From: Myxococcota bacterium
Lineage (GTDB): Bacteria; Myxococcota_A; UBA9160; UBA6930
Reading direction: 5' to 3'
Assembly: GCA_965223415.1 (NCBI GenBank)
Contig: OZ245002.1
Coordinates: forward strand, 3,072,001 to 3,136,000
Length of the DNA stretch: 64,000 bases
Shown here: one piece after another, positions 56,201 to 64,000 of the stretch
Numbering within the stretch: position 1 is the stretch's first letter
Layout: every line of letters starts with the position of its first letter
Made by a program: the position numbers and the translations under genes
Notes under the pieces: generated by a model
What the model saw: only the letters and a program-made list of their open reading frames with translations
Databases searched by the model: none
What the model was told of the DNA's origin: nothing

Positions 56201-56695
56201 TCACGCGTCGAGCTCGCTCCGGCCGGCGGTCGACCACCAGCTCGCAGTCAGACGCAGGCTCGCGAGGTCCTTGCGCGAGTGCATCTCTTCGAAGCTCCGC
56301 TTGTAGCCCGTCTTCTGGATCCACCAGCGGTCGCCGACCTTCACGTACGCGTCCGTGTAGAACGCGGCGCCTCGAATGATGATGTCCCACTTCGTTTCGA
56401 CGACGACGTCCTCGAGCGCCCAGACCCCCGTAGCCGTTTCCGGCCCGCTGAACGCGATCTCCGGGTGGTGCACGCGGTGGCTCGAATGGAAGGTCTCGGC
56501 GCCCATGCTCGTGCGCAGGAACTCGACGATCGCGTCGCGTCCGGCGTAGGCGTACTTGCCTCCGCTGTACGCGGCCGTCGCGTCCGCGGTGAAACACTCG
56601 CCCACCTCGTCCCAGAGCTTCTGGTCGAGGCAGCGCATGTACTTGTACTTGAGCTGCTTGATGCGTTCGATCTCGACGAGGTCTTCGGGCGACAT
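56201..56695 (-). CDS. SnoaL/NTF2-like protein (BaiE / scytalone-dehydratase-like)
   Basis: IKQLKYKYMRCLD, SSHRVHHPEI, ATGVWAL, YTDAY. Confidence 0.85.
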   Translation of the reverse strand: MSPEDLVEIERIKQLKYKYMRCLDQKLWDEVGECFTADATAAYSGGKYAYAGRDAIVEFLRTSMGAETFHSSHRVHHPEIAFSGPETATGVWALEDVVVETKWDIIIRGAAFYTDAYVKVGDRWWIQKTGYKRSFEEMHSRKDLASLRLTASWWSTAGRSELDA

Positions 56696-56763
56696 CGCGG
56701 AACCTCCCGTTCCCGCGCACCGTAGCGCAGGCCGCGTCGCCTCAGACGGGTCTCGAGTCGACG

Positions 56764-57603
56764 TCAGGCCATGGGCTTGCTGCGCCGCTCCACGCTGCGG
56801 CAGGCGGCGACCAGGGCCGGCACGAAGACGTCCGCCCGCGAGACGCAGGCCGAGTGGTCGCCGTCCACCTCGAACACCTCGGCCCCGGGGATCGAGGCGG
56901 CCAGCTTGTACTGGCGCTCGGGCGGGACGAGCTCGTCCCGGGTCGTCACGATCACGCAGGTCGGAACGTTCACCCGTCCGATCCAATCGTGGGACGAGAA
57001 CCCGGAGAGCGCCCGGGTCGCCTGGATCACCGACGCCGGGTCGTGGCCCTCGAGCTCCTCGTACACCTTCTCGCGCAGCTGCGGGTGCTCGATCCGCGCC
57101 AGCATGCGCTGGAGCATGCGCTCGTGGGCGGCGGACGGAGCGAGGCGGGCGAAGGCCGCCACCGCGGGCAGCCCGAAGCGCGCCGCCCGCGCGACGTCCC
57201 GGCGCATGAAGTGTCGGGACGTTGCACACAGGACCAGGCCGCTCACCCGCTGCGGATGCCGCCGCCAGGTGAGCGAGGCGATCGGCCCGCCCATCGAGTA
57301 GCCGACCGCGACGAAGCGCGAAGCGCCGCGCGCGGCCGCGGCGCGCGCCGCGTCGTCCGCGCACTGCTCCAGCCGGAAGCGGCGCGTGCGCAGCCCCCGC
57401 CCGTGGCCGCGATGGTCGACGGCCAGCACGCGGAAGTCACGGGACAGCGGCCGGAAGCACGGGCCCCAGTTGAGACGGGCCGTCGCACCGAGGCCGTGCA
57501 GCAGCATCACCGGCGTCGCGCCCGGCGGGCCCGGGATGTCCCGAACCGTGGTCGAGCCGTGCCGGCCCAGATCGACCTCGTGGTCGATCGCCGCTGCGCT
57601 CAT
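56764..57603 (-). CDS. Alpha/beta fold hydrolase
   Basis: LLHGLG, DHRGHG, GYSMGG, D...GDH. Confidence 0.9.
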   Translation of the reverse strand: MSAAAIDHEVDLGRHGSTTVRDIPGPPGATPVMLLHGLGATARLNWGPCFRPLSRDFRVLAVDHRGHGRGLRTRRFRLEQCADDAARAAAARGASRFVAVGYSMGGPIASLTWRRHPQRVSGLVLCATSRHFMRRDVARAARFGLPAVAAFARLAPSAAHERMLQRMLARIEHPQLREKVYEELEGHDPASVIQATRALSGFSSHDWIGRVNVPTCVIVTTRDELVPPERQYKLAASIPGAEVFEVDGDHSACVSRADVFVPALVAACRSVERRSKPMA

Positions 57604-57686
57604 GTCAGGCAGATCGCGGCGCCGCCGGACGTGGGGAGGGAGAGCATCGCGTGAGGATGACGCATCCTCCGAAAGGACGGGAGGGA

Positions 57687-59114
57687 CTACGAGCTGCCCG
57701 ACGCCGGCGATCCCTCGAGCGAGGCCCGAAGCTCGGCATGGCGGCTCCGGTCGAGGTCGTAGCGGCGCAGCAGCAGCGCCGGGACCAGGAAGCTCAGGGA
57801 GACGAGGGGACCGCCCACGAGCCCCAGGTTGAAGAGAACGTCCCCGGGCACCTCTCCCGGCTGCAGCCCGGTGCCGAGGCCGACCACGTCGATCAGGATG
57901 CCACCGACCAGCTGGCCCAGCCCGGTCGGGATCTTCGTCGAGAAGCCCATCGCGGCGAAGAACACCCCCTCCCGCCGCTGGCCTGTCTCCACCTCGTGCT
58001 CGTCGACGATGTCGGCCACGATGGAGGGCCCGGCGGTCTGCTGGATCATCACCGAGCAGGAGAGGATGACCTGGTGGAGGATCGCCAGGGAGAAGAGCAC
58101 CGGCGTGCCGTTGGGCGGGAGCACGCCCAGGAGGCGCCCTCCGATCCACCAGCAACCGTTCGCGACCATCACCAGCATCGCGCCGATGAAGATGTGCTTC
58201 TTCTCGAACCGGGTGACAAGAGGGCGAAGGAGGGCGAAGGCGAGGCTCACGCCGAGGACGGAGCTCGCCATGATCCCGGCGATCTGCTCGGAGCTGAACT
58301 CCCAGAAGTAGGTGTTGGCGTAGTAGCCGAGGGTGACGGCCACGCCGCTGCTCGCACCGACGAAGAGCAGGGTGATGAAGACGCGCCGGAAGTTCCGGTT
58401 CTCGAGGGCGGAGAGGACGTCCCGCAGCGGATCCAGCAGCCGGAGCTCCCGCTTCGCGCCGGGCGCCGGGAGGTGGGGGATTTCCTTGCGCGTGAAGAAG
58501 GTCGTCCAGGAGATCGCGACCATCACGACCGCCGCCGACATCCACGCGTAGGTGTCGTAGTTGCCCGCGGCGAGCCGGCCGTCGGCTCCGGTCTCGCCGC
58601 GAGAGAAGACCAGCGCCAGGGCGACCGCCGGAAGCGCGACCCCCGCCAGCCAGCCGAGGAGCGTCCGGTAGCTCACGATCAGTGAGCGCTCTTCGTAGTC
58701 CTCCGAGAGCTCCGCTCCGAAGGCGGTGTGTGGGATCGCGAACATCGTGAGGAAGGTCCGCAGGGCCACCGCAATGCACGCCAGCCAGGCGCAGAGGGCC
58801 ACGCCGCCCCAGCCCTCGGGCGGGTTGAACAGCAGCAGGAAGCAGATCGCCAGGGGAACCATCGAGGCGACCATGAAGGGGTGCCAGCGCCCCCAGCGCG
58901 AGCGCACGTTGTCGGCGAGGGTGCCGACGATCGGGTCCGAGATGGCGTCGGAGAGCTGTCCGATGAACGCCGCGACGCCGTAGAGCGTTCCCGACAAGCC
59001 GGCGACCTGGGTGTAGAAGAAGGCGACGAAGTTGACGAAGGCCGCGTCCTTCGCGGCGAAGGCCATGCTCCCCACGCCGTGGGCGATCTTGGTGCCGACA
59101 CGGATCCTGCGCAT
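57687..59114 (-). CDS. MFS transporter, glycoside-pentoside-hexuronide-like
   Basis: DAISDP, GRWHPF, GAELSEDYEERS, RREGVFF. Confidence 0.9.
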   Translation of the reverse strand: MRRIRVGTKIAHGVGSMAFAAKDAAFVNFVAFFYTQVAGLSGTLYGVAAFIGQLSDAISDPIVGTLADNVRSRWGRWHPFMVASMVPLAICFLLLFNPPEGWGGVALCAWLACIAVALRTFLTMFAIPHTAFGAELSEDYEERSLIVSYRTLLGWLAGVALPAVALALVFSRGETGADGRLAAGNYDTYAWMSAAVVMVAISWTTFFTRKEIPHLPAPGAKRELRLLDPLRDVLSALENRNFRRVFITLLFVGASSGVAVTLGYYANTYFWEFSSEQIAGIMASSVLGVSLAFALLRPLVTRFEKKHIFIGAMLVMVANGCWWIGGRLLGVLPPNGTPVLFSLAILHQVILSCSVMIQQTAGPSIVADIVDEHEVETGQRREGVFFAAMGFSTKIPTGLGQLVGGILIDVVGLGTGLQPGEVPGDVLFNLGLVGGPLVSLSFLVPALLLRRYDLDRSRHAELRASLEGSPASGSS

Positions 59115-59229
59115 GGGTTCGGGGCTCCTTCCGCCGGCGCGGAGCCTACGCCGGGTGGATCGGGAGCGCGAACCGCGGCCGTTCGGGAGGATCTGGCGTA
59201 CCGTGGCGGCTGCGGCGAAGGAGAGGGCG

Positions 59230-60693
59230 ATGGAACAGCTCACCGGGCTCGACGCGGCCTTCCTCAACATGGAGACGGGCACGACCTACGGTCACGTCTC
59301 CGGCCTCGCGGTCTTCGACCCGTCCTCGGCGCCGGGTGCGCCCGGCACGCTCGAGGACGTGAAGCGGATCATCGCCGAGCGCATCCACTTGCTGCCGCCC
59401 TACCGCCGCCGTCTCGTCGAGGTGCCGCTGGGCCTCGACCATCCCTACTGGATCGAGGACCCGGACTTCGACCTGAACTTCCACGTTCGTCACATCGGCC
59501 TGCCGCCGCCCGGCGACGATCGCCAGCTCGCCGAGCAGGTGGCGCGGATCGTCGCACGGCCCCTGGATCGACGGCGGCCCCTGTGGGAGCTCTACCTGAT
59601 CGAAGGTCTTCAGGGCGGGCTGGTCGCCCAGCTCACCAAGATCCACCACTGCGCGATCGACGGCGTGTCGGGTGCGGAGATCCTCGCCGCCCTGCTCGAC
59701 CTGACGCCGGAGCCGCGCAAGGTCGACCCGCCGCGCAAGGCCTGGCGTCCGGAGCCGGAGCCCACGCCGGTGGAGATGCTCGCCCGCGGCATGTGGGCCG
59801 TCGCGGGCACGCCGCGGAAGGGCCTGCGCCTGGGACGCGAGGCGCTGCGGCACCTGCCGGCGCTCTCGCGCTCCCTCGGCTTCGGTGAGCTTCCGGGCAG
59901 CGACGCGCTGAACCGTCTGGTCGGCCGCCGGCCGGAGCCCATGCTCTCGGAGGCGAGTACGCCCGCGCCGCGCACCTCCTTCAACGATCAGATCAGTCCT
60001 CACCGGCGCTTCGCCTTCGGCTCGGTCTCCCTCGACGAGGTGAAGGAGATCAAGGGCCAGCTCGGGGTGACCGTCAACGACGTGGTGATGGCGCTCTGCT
60101 CCGGCGCCCTGCGCCGCTACCTTGAGGAGCGCGGGGAGCTCCCGGCGGACCCGCTGATCGCCATGGTGCCGGTCTCCGTCCGGACCGAGGAGCAGAAGGG
60201 GAGCTTCGGCAACCAGGTCTCTTCCATGACGGCGTCCCTGCACACCCACGTCGCCGATCCCCTCCAGCGCCTGCAGCGGATCCACGAGTCGATGCTCGTG
60301 GCGAAGGAGCAGCACCAGGCGCTGCCTGCGACCCTGCTCCAGGACTTCGCCCAGTTCGCTCCGCCCGCGGTGGCCGCCCGCGCCGGTCGGGTGATCGCCC
60401 GCGCTGCGGTCGCCGAGTGGATGGACGTGCCGTTCAACGTGGTGATCTCGAACGTGCCCGGTCCCCAGTTCCCGCTCTACGGCATCGGCGCGAAGCTCGT
60501 GAGCAACTACCCGGTCTCGGCCATCAACGACGGCGTCGGCCTCAACCTGACCGTGCAGAGCTACAACGGCAGCCTCGACTTCGGTCTCGTCGCCTGTCGG
60601 GAGCTGGTGCCCGATCTCTGGGACGTGATGGACTACCTGCGCGAGGAGCTGCGGGTGGTGAAGGAAGCGGCCAAGGAGGCAAGCACACCGTGA
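59230..60693 (+). CDS. Wax ester synthase / diacylglycerol acyltransferase (WS/DGAT)
   Basis: LTGLDAAFL, RPLWE, HHCAIDG catalytic motif, ISNVPGP. Confidence 0.94.
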   Translation: MEQLTGLDAAFLNMETGTTYGHVSGLAVFDPSSAPGAPGTLEDVKRIIAERIHLLPPYRRRLVEVPLGLDHPYWIEDPDFDLNFHVRHIGLPPPGDDRQLAEQVARIVARPLDRRRPLWELYLIEGLQGGLVAQLTKIHHCAIDGVSGAEILAALLDLTPEPRKVDPPRKAWRPEPEPTPVEMLARGMWAVAGTPRKGLRLGREALRHLPALSRSLGFGELPGSDALNRLVGRRPEPMLSEASTPAPRTSFNDQISPHRRFAFGSVSLDEVKEIKGQLGVTVNDVVMALCSGALRRYLEERGELPADPLIAMVPVSVRTEEQKGSFGNQVSSMTASLHTHVADPLQRLQRIHESMLVAKEQHQALPATLLQDFAQFAPPAVAARAGRVIARAAVAEWMDVPFNVVISNVPGPQFPLYGIGAKLVSNYPVSAINDGVGLNLTVQSYNGSLDFGLVACRELVPDLWDVMDYLREELRVVKEAAKEASTP

Positions 60694-62258
60694 AGGAGCT
60701 GATCTTCCCCCATCTGTACTTCCCCACCATGGAGCAGTACGGAGACAAGGAGGGCATCGTCGACGGTGCCTATCGCAGCACCTGGAACGAGCACACGGAG
60801 CGCGTCGCCCGGCTCACCCATGCGCTGGCTCACCAGCTCGGCGTGGCGGCGCCGGACCGCTTCGCCGTCCTCGCCCTGAACAGCCACCAATACCTGGAGC
60901 TCTGGCACGCGGCCTTCATGGGCGCCGGCGTCATCAACCCGCTCAACCTGCGCCTCGCGCCGAAGGAGCTGGCCTACATCCTCCAGGATTCCGCCAGCGA
61001 GGTGGTGTTCGCGGATCCCACCTTCGCTCCCCTGGTGGCGGCAGCCCGCAAGGAGATGGAGGGGGACGATCCCATCCGCCACGTCGTGTTGATCGGCGAG
61101 GGCGACGTGCCCCACGACCTGGCTTACGAGGAGCTGCTCGCCGCCGCAGCCCCCGAGCTCTGCGCCGAGCCCGAGGAGACCGATCCGGTCGTGCTCATGT
61201 ACACGGGTGGCACCACCGGGCTCCCCAAGGGGGTGCTGATCGAGCACCGCGCCGAGATCCTGAACATGTACCACGGCGCCATGACGATCCCCGGCCTCCA
61301 GATCGAGACCTACCTGATGCAGACGCCCATGTTCCACGCGGCGTCGATGATGGGAATCCTCGGCTCCGGTGCCTACGGTGGGCGCGTCGTGTTCATTCCG
61401 ATGTTCAACCCGGACCAGGTGATGGACCTGATCGAGGAGCACGGGGTCACGGACACCCTGATGGTGCCGACGATGATCGGCATGTGTCTCGCCAGCGAGC
61501 GATACCGTCCCGAGCGGCTCGCCTCCCTGCGCCAGCTGATCTACGGCGCCTCGCCGATGCCCGCCGCGATCCTCGCCCAGCTCCAGCGCGATCTCCCGGA
61601 ACTCCAGCTCATCCAGGGCTACGGCATGACCGAGAGCTGCTCGACGGTCACGCTGCTGCTGCCGGAAGACCACGAGCCGGGCTCGCCGCGCCTGCGCTCG
61701 GTGGGCAAGCCCGCCCTGGGCATCCAGGTCTCGACCCAGGACGAGGGAGGCAACGTGCTGCCTCGCGGCCAGATCGGCGAGGTGTGCGTCCGGGGCGGCC
61801 AGCTCATGCGCGAGTACTGGAACAAGCCCGACGCCACCGAGGAGGTCTTCCAGGGCGGCTGGTACCACACCGGCGATGCTGGCTACATCGACGAGGACGG
61901 CTACCTCTTCCTGGTCGACCGCGTGAAGGACATGATCGTGACCGGCGGCGAGAACGTCTACTCCGCCGAGGTCGAGTCGGCGATCAGCACCCACCCCGGC
62001 GTCGCCCAGGTGGCGGTGATCGGGATCCCCCACGAGCGTTGGGGTGAAGCCGTGCATGCGATCGTGGTTCCGGCGCCAGGGGTGGAGGTCACCGTCGAGG
62101 TGATCATCGAGCACGCCCGCGCGTCGATCGCGGGGTACAAGGTGCCGAAGTCGGTGGACTTCCGGGAGGAGCCGCTGCCGCTCTCCGGGGCGATGAAGGT
62201 GTTGAAGAGGGATCTTCGCGCGCCGTATTGGGAGGGGCGGGAGAAGAAGATCGGGTAG
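60690..62258 (+). CDS. Long-chain fatty acid-CoA ligase
   Basis: YTGGTTGLPKG, QGYGMTE, HTGD, DRVKDMIVTGGENVY; GTGA overlap. Confidence 0.93.
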   Translation: MKELIFPHLYFPTMEQYGDKEGIVDGAYRSTWNEHTERVARLTHALAHQLGVAAPDRFAVLALNSHQYLELWHAAFMGAGVINPLNLRLAPKELAYILQDSASEVVFADPTFAPLVAAARKEMEGDDPIRHVVLIGEGDVPHDLAYEELLAAAAPELCAEPEETDPVVLMYTGGTTGLPKGVLIEHRAEILNMYHGAMTIPGLQIETYLMQTPMFHAASMMGILGSGAYGGRVVFIPMFNPDQVMDLIEEHGVTDTLMVPTMIGMCLASERYRPERLASLRQLIYGASPMPAAILAQLQRDLPELQLIQGYGMTESCSTVTLLLPEDHEPGSPRLRSVGKPALGIQVSTQDEGGNVLPRGQIGEVCVRGGQLMREYWNKPDATEEVFQGGWYHTGDAGYIDEDGYLFLVDRVKDMIVTGGENVYSAEVESAISTHPGVAQVAVIGIPHERWGEAVHAIVVPAPGVEVTVEVIIEHARASIAGYKVPKSVDFREEPLPLSGAMKVLKRDLRAPYWEGREKKIG

Positions 62259-62267
62259 GGGCCTGCT

Positions 62268-63500
62268 TCAGAGCTTCCGCGTCCGCGCGATCTCCCCCAG
62301 CCTCCGGGCGCTCGGCTTCGCCGTTCGCGCCTGGCTCGCCCGGTCCACCCCGATCAGGCCGAACTGGGGGCGGTAGCCGAGGAGCCACTCGAAGTTGTCG
62401 AGGGTGGACCAGTAGAAGTAGGCGCGGACGTCGACGCCGTCGGCCAGCGTACGGGCGACTCCTGCGAGGGCCTCCTCGAAGAAGGCGATGCGGCGTGTGT
62501 CGTCGGCGGTAGCGATGCCGTTCTCGGTGACCCAGATCGGAACGCCCGTGGCCTCGGCGGTGCTGCGGACGGTGGCCTCGAGGGATTGCGGGCGGAACTC
62601 GTAGCCCATCTGGGTCGTCTCGACGCCGGGCTTGGGCGGGAGCGGGCCGTCGGGGCCAAATACGGTGCGCGTGTAGGTCTGGACGCCGACGAAGTCGTCG
62701 CCGCGGGCGAGCTCGAGCCATGGGGCGAAGGCGTCGGCGTGCTTGGCCGCCTCGTGGGGCTCGCCGCCGGGGATGGACTGGTCCTCGGAGATGGCGAGGG
62801 TGACGCCTACCGGGGCGTCGCCGGGTCCCGCGCGCAGGGCCTCCGCGCTGGTTCGGTGGGCCTGCAACAGGTGTTCCTGCATGCGGTCCAGGTCGCCGAA
62901 CACGAAGCTGCGGAAGCGGTCGCTGCCGCAGCGCTTCGCCGCCTGCTCGAGGAAGGGTCGGCTCGTCAGCACTTCCGTGGGCGGCAGCACGCCGTCGTGC
63001 TGGAGCATCTTGCCGAGGTCCGGCTCGTTGAGGGTGCATGCGGCGCCCCAAAGGTCGCCCAGGTGAGCCGAGACCCGCTCCGCATAGCGTGTGAAGAGAG
63101 CGGGACTCTCCGGGTCTTCCCAGCCGCCGCGGGCTGCCAGCCAGATCGGCGAGGTGAAGTGGTAGAGGGTCACGACGGGAAGCAGGTCGTGCTCCCGGCA
63201 GCAAGCGACCATCCGGCGGTAGTGATCGAGGGCCGCGAGCGAGAACACGCCGGGCTCCGGCTCGATCCGCGCCCACTCGACCGAGAAGCGGTAGGCCTGC
63301 AGGCCGAGGGAGGCCATCAGGGCGATGTCCTCCCGGTAGCGGTGGTAGTGGTCGCAGGCGTCGCCGGAGGGCTCGGCGAAGGGGCTCTCGGCGAGGTGCT
63401 CGAGCAGCCAGAAGTCGCTCGCGACGTTGCCGCCCTCGACCTGGTGGGCGGCGGTCGCGGAGCCGATCAGAAAATCCTCGGGGAAGGCCGGGCCGGGCAT
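62268..63500 (-). CDS. Glycoside hydrolase family 1 (beta-glucosidase-like)
   Basis: ATAAHQVEG, YRFSVEWARIEP, TLNEP, TENG, DNFEW. Confidence 0.94.
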   Translation of the reverse strand: MPGPAFPEDFLIGSATAAHQVEGGNVASDFWLLEHLAESPFAEPSGDACDHYHRYREDIALMASLGLQAYRFSVEWARIEPEPGVFSLAALDHYRRMVACCREHDLLPVVTLYHFTSPIWLAARGGWEDPESPALFTRYAERVSAHLGDLWGAACTLNEPDLGKMLQHDGVLPPTEVLTSRPFLEQAAKRCGSDRFRSFVFGDLDRMQEHLLQAHRTSAEALRAGPGDAPVGVTLAISEDQSIPGGEPHEAAKHADAFAPWLELARGDDFVGVQTYTRTVFGPDGPLPPKPGVETTQMGYEFRPQSLEATVRSTAEATGVPIWVTENGIATADDTRRIAFFEEALAGVARTLADGVDVRAYFYWSTLDNFEWLLGYRPQFGLIGVDRASQARTAKPSARRLGEIARTRKL

Positions 63501-63527
63501 GGGCGCCGAGCCTAGCGCCCTGGCGGC

Positions 63528-63839
63528 CTAGAGCGTGGTCAGCCAGGCGGTCCACAGGGCGGCGAGCACGCCGGCGAAGAGCAGCTGCAGGACGCGCAGC
63601 GCGCGGACCCAGCGAAGGAGATCCGCGTCGCCCAGGGCGGCGGCGCGGCGGGACCAGTAGAAGCGGGTGAGGGCGGCGCTGGGCCCGACGCCGCGCGGGA
63701 GGAGCGTCGGTCGGCCGAGCTCCTCGAAGACGCCCGGGTGCCCGCTGCGCAGCCGCGCCAGGATCCGCGCCGAGGCGACCAGCAGGGCCGCGAGCACGAT
63801 CCAGAAGGCGTCGAAGGGCACGAAGGGGAGGGCGGGCAT
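63528..63839 (-). CDS. Small hypothetical membrane protein (2 TM)
   Basis: MPALPFVPFDAFWIVL...HPGVFEELGRP...LLFAGVLAALW. Confidence 0.6.
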   Translation of the reverse strand: MPALPFVPFDAFWIVLAALLVASARILARLRSGHPGVFEELGRPTLLPRGVGPSAALTRFYWSRRAAALGDADLLRWVRALRVLQLLFAGVLAALWTAWLTTL

Positions 63840-63888
63840 GTGGTCGTGGGTACCGCTTCCGGGACGCGAAGTGACGTATCTTCGCGCC

Positions 63889-64000
63889 ATGGCCGCGTCC
63901 CGTGCCGCTGGTGCCCTCGACGACGTCCGGGTGCTCGAGTTCGCCCAGGCGCTGGCGGTGCCCTCCTGCGGCGCGCTCCTCGCCGACATGGGCGCCGACG
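63889..64000 (+). CDS. Family III CoA transferase (partial, runs off window end)
   Basis: MAASRAAGALDDVRVLEFAQALAVPSCGALLADMGAD. Confidence 0.85.
   Translation, partial: MAASRAAGALDDVRVLEFAQALAVPSCGALLADMGAD

Overview
High-GC bacterial chromosome segment, densely coding (about 58 genes), with no rRNA, tRNA, CRISPR array, transposase or phage gene recognisable. Content is mostly accessory catabolism and lipid metabolism: F420/flavin oxidoreductases, a Baeyer-Villiger monooxygenase, a Rieske dioxygenase alpha/beta pair, a carotenoid-oxygenase-family enzyme, CoA transferases, paired acyl-CoA dehydrogenases, WS/DGAT with an acyl-CoA ligase, hydrolases, an RND pump and two MFS transporters. Housekeeping genes are a monomeric icd, a DEAD-box helicase, glpD and apaG. 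RND genes, lipoproteins and a CGLGAEL-TM-RRR tail suggest a diderm organism, possibly Myxococcota (inference). The best candidate for an undescribed system is a six-gene envelope module at 30.4-34.1 kb: a cytochrome c'-like lipoprotein, two DUF6644-like membrane proteins, a DUF6152-like protein with a predicted N-terminal His-His, and two paralogous exported proteins. Other notable items: a 38-bp repeat that triplicates a gene start into chained mini-ORFs, two related long palindromes, TetR and LysR remnants, a structured helicase leader, and many apparently leaderless genes. All family calls come from motif recognition by eye; no database search was run.
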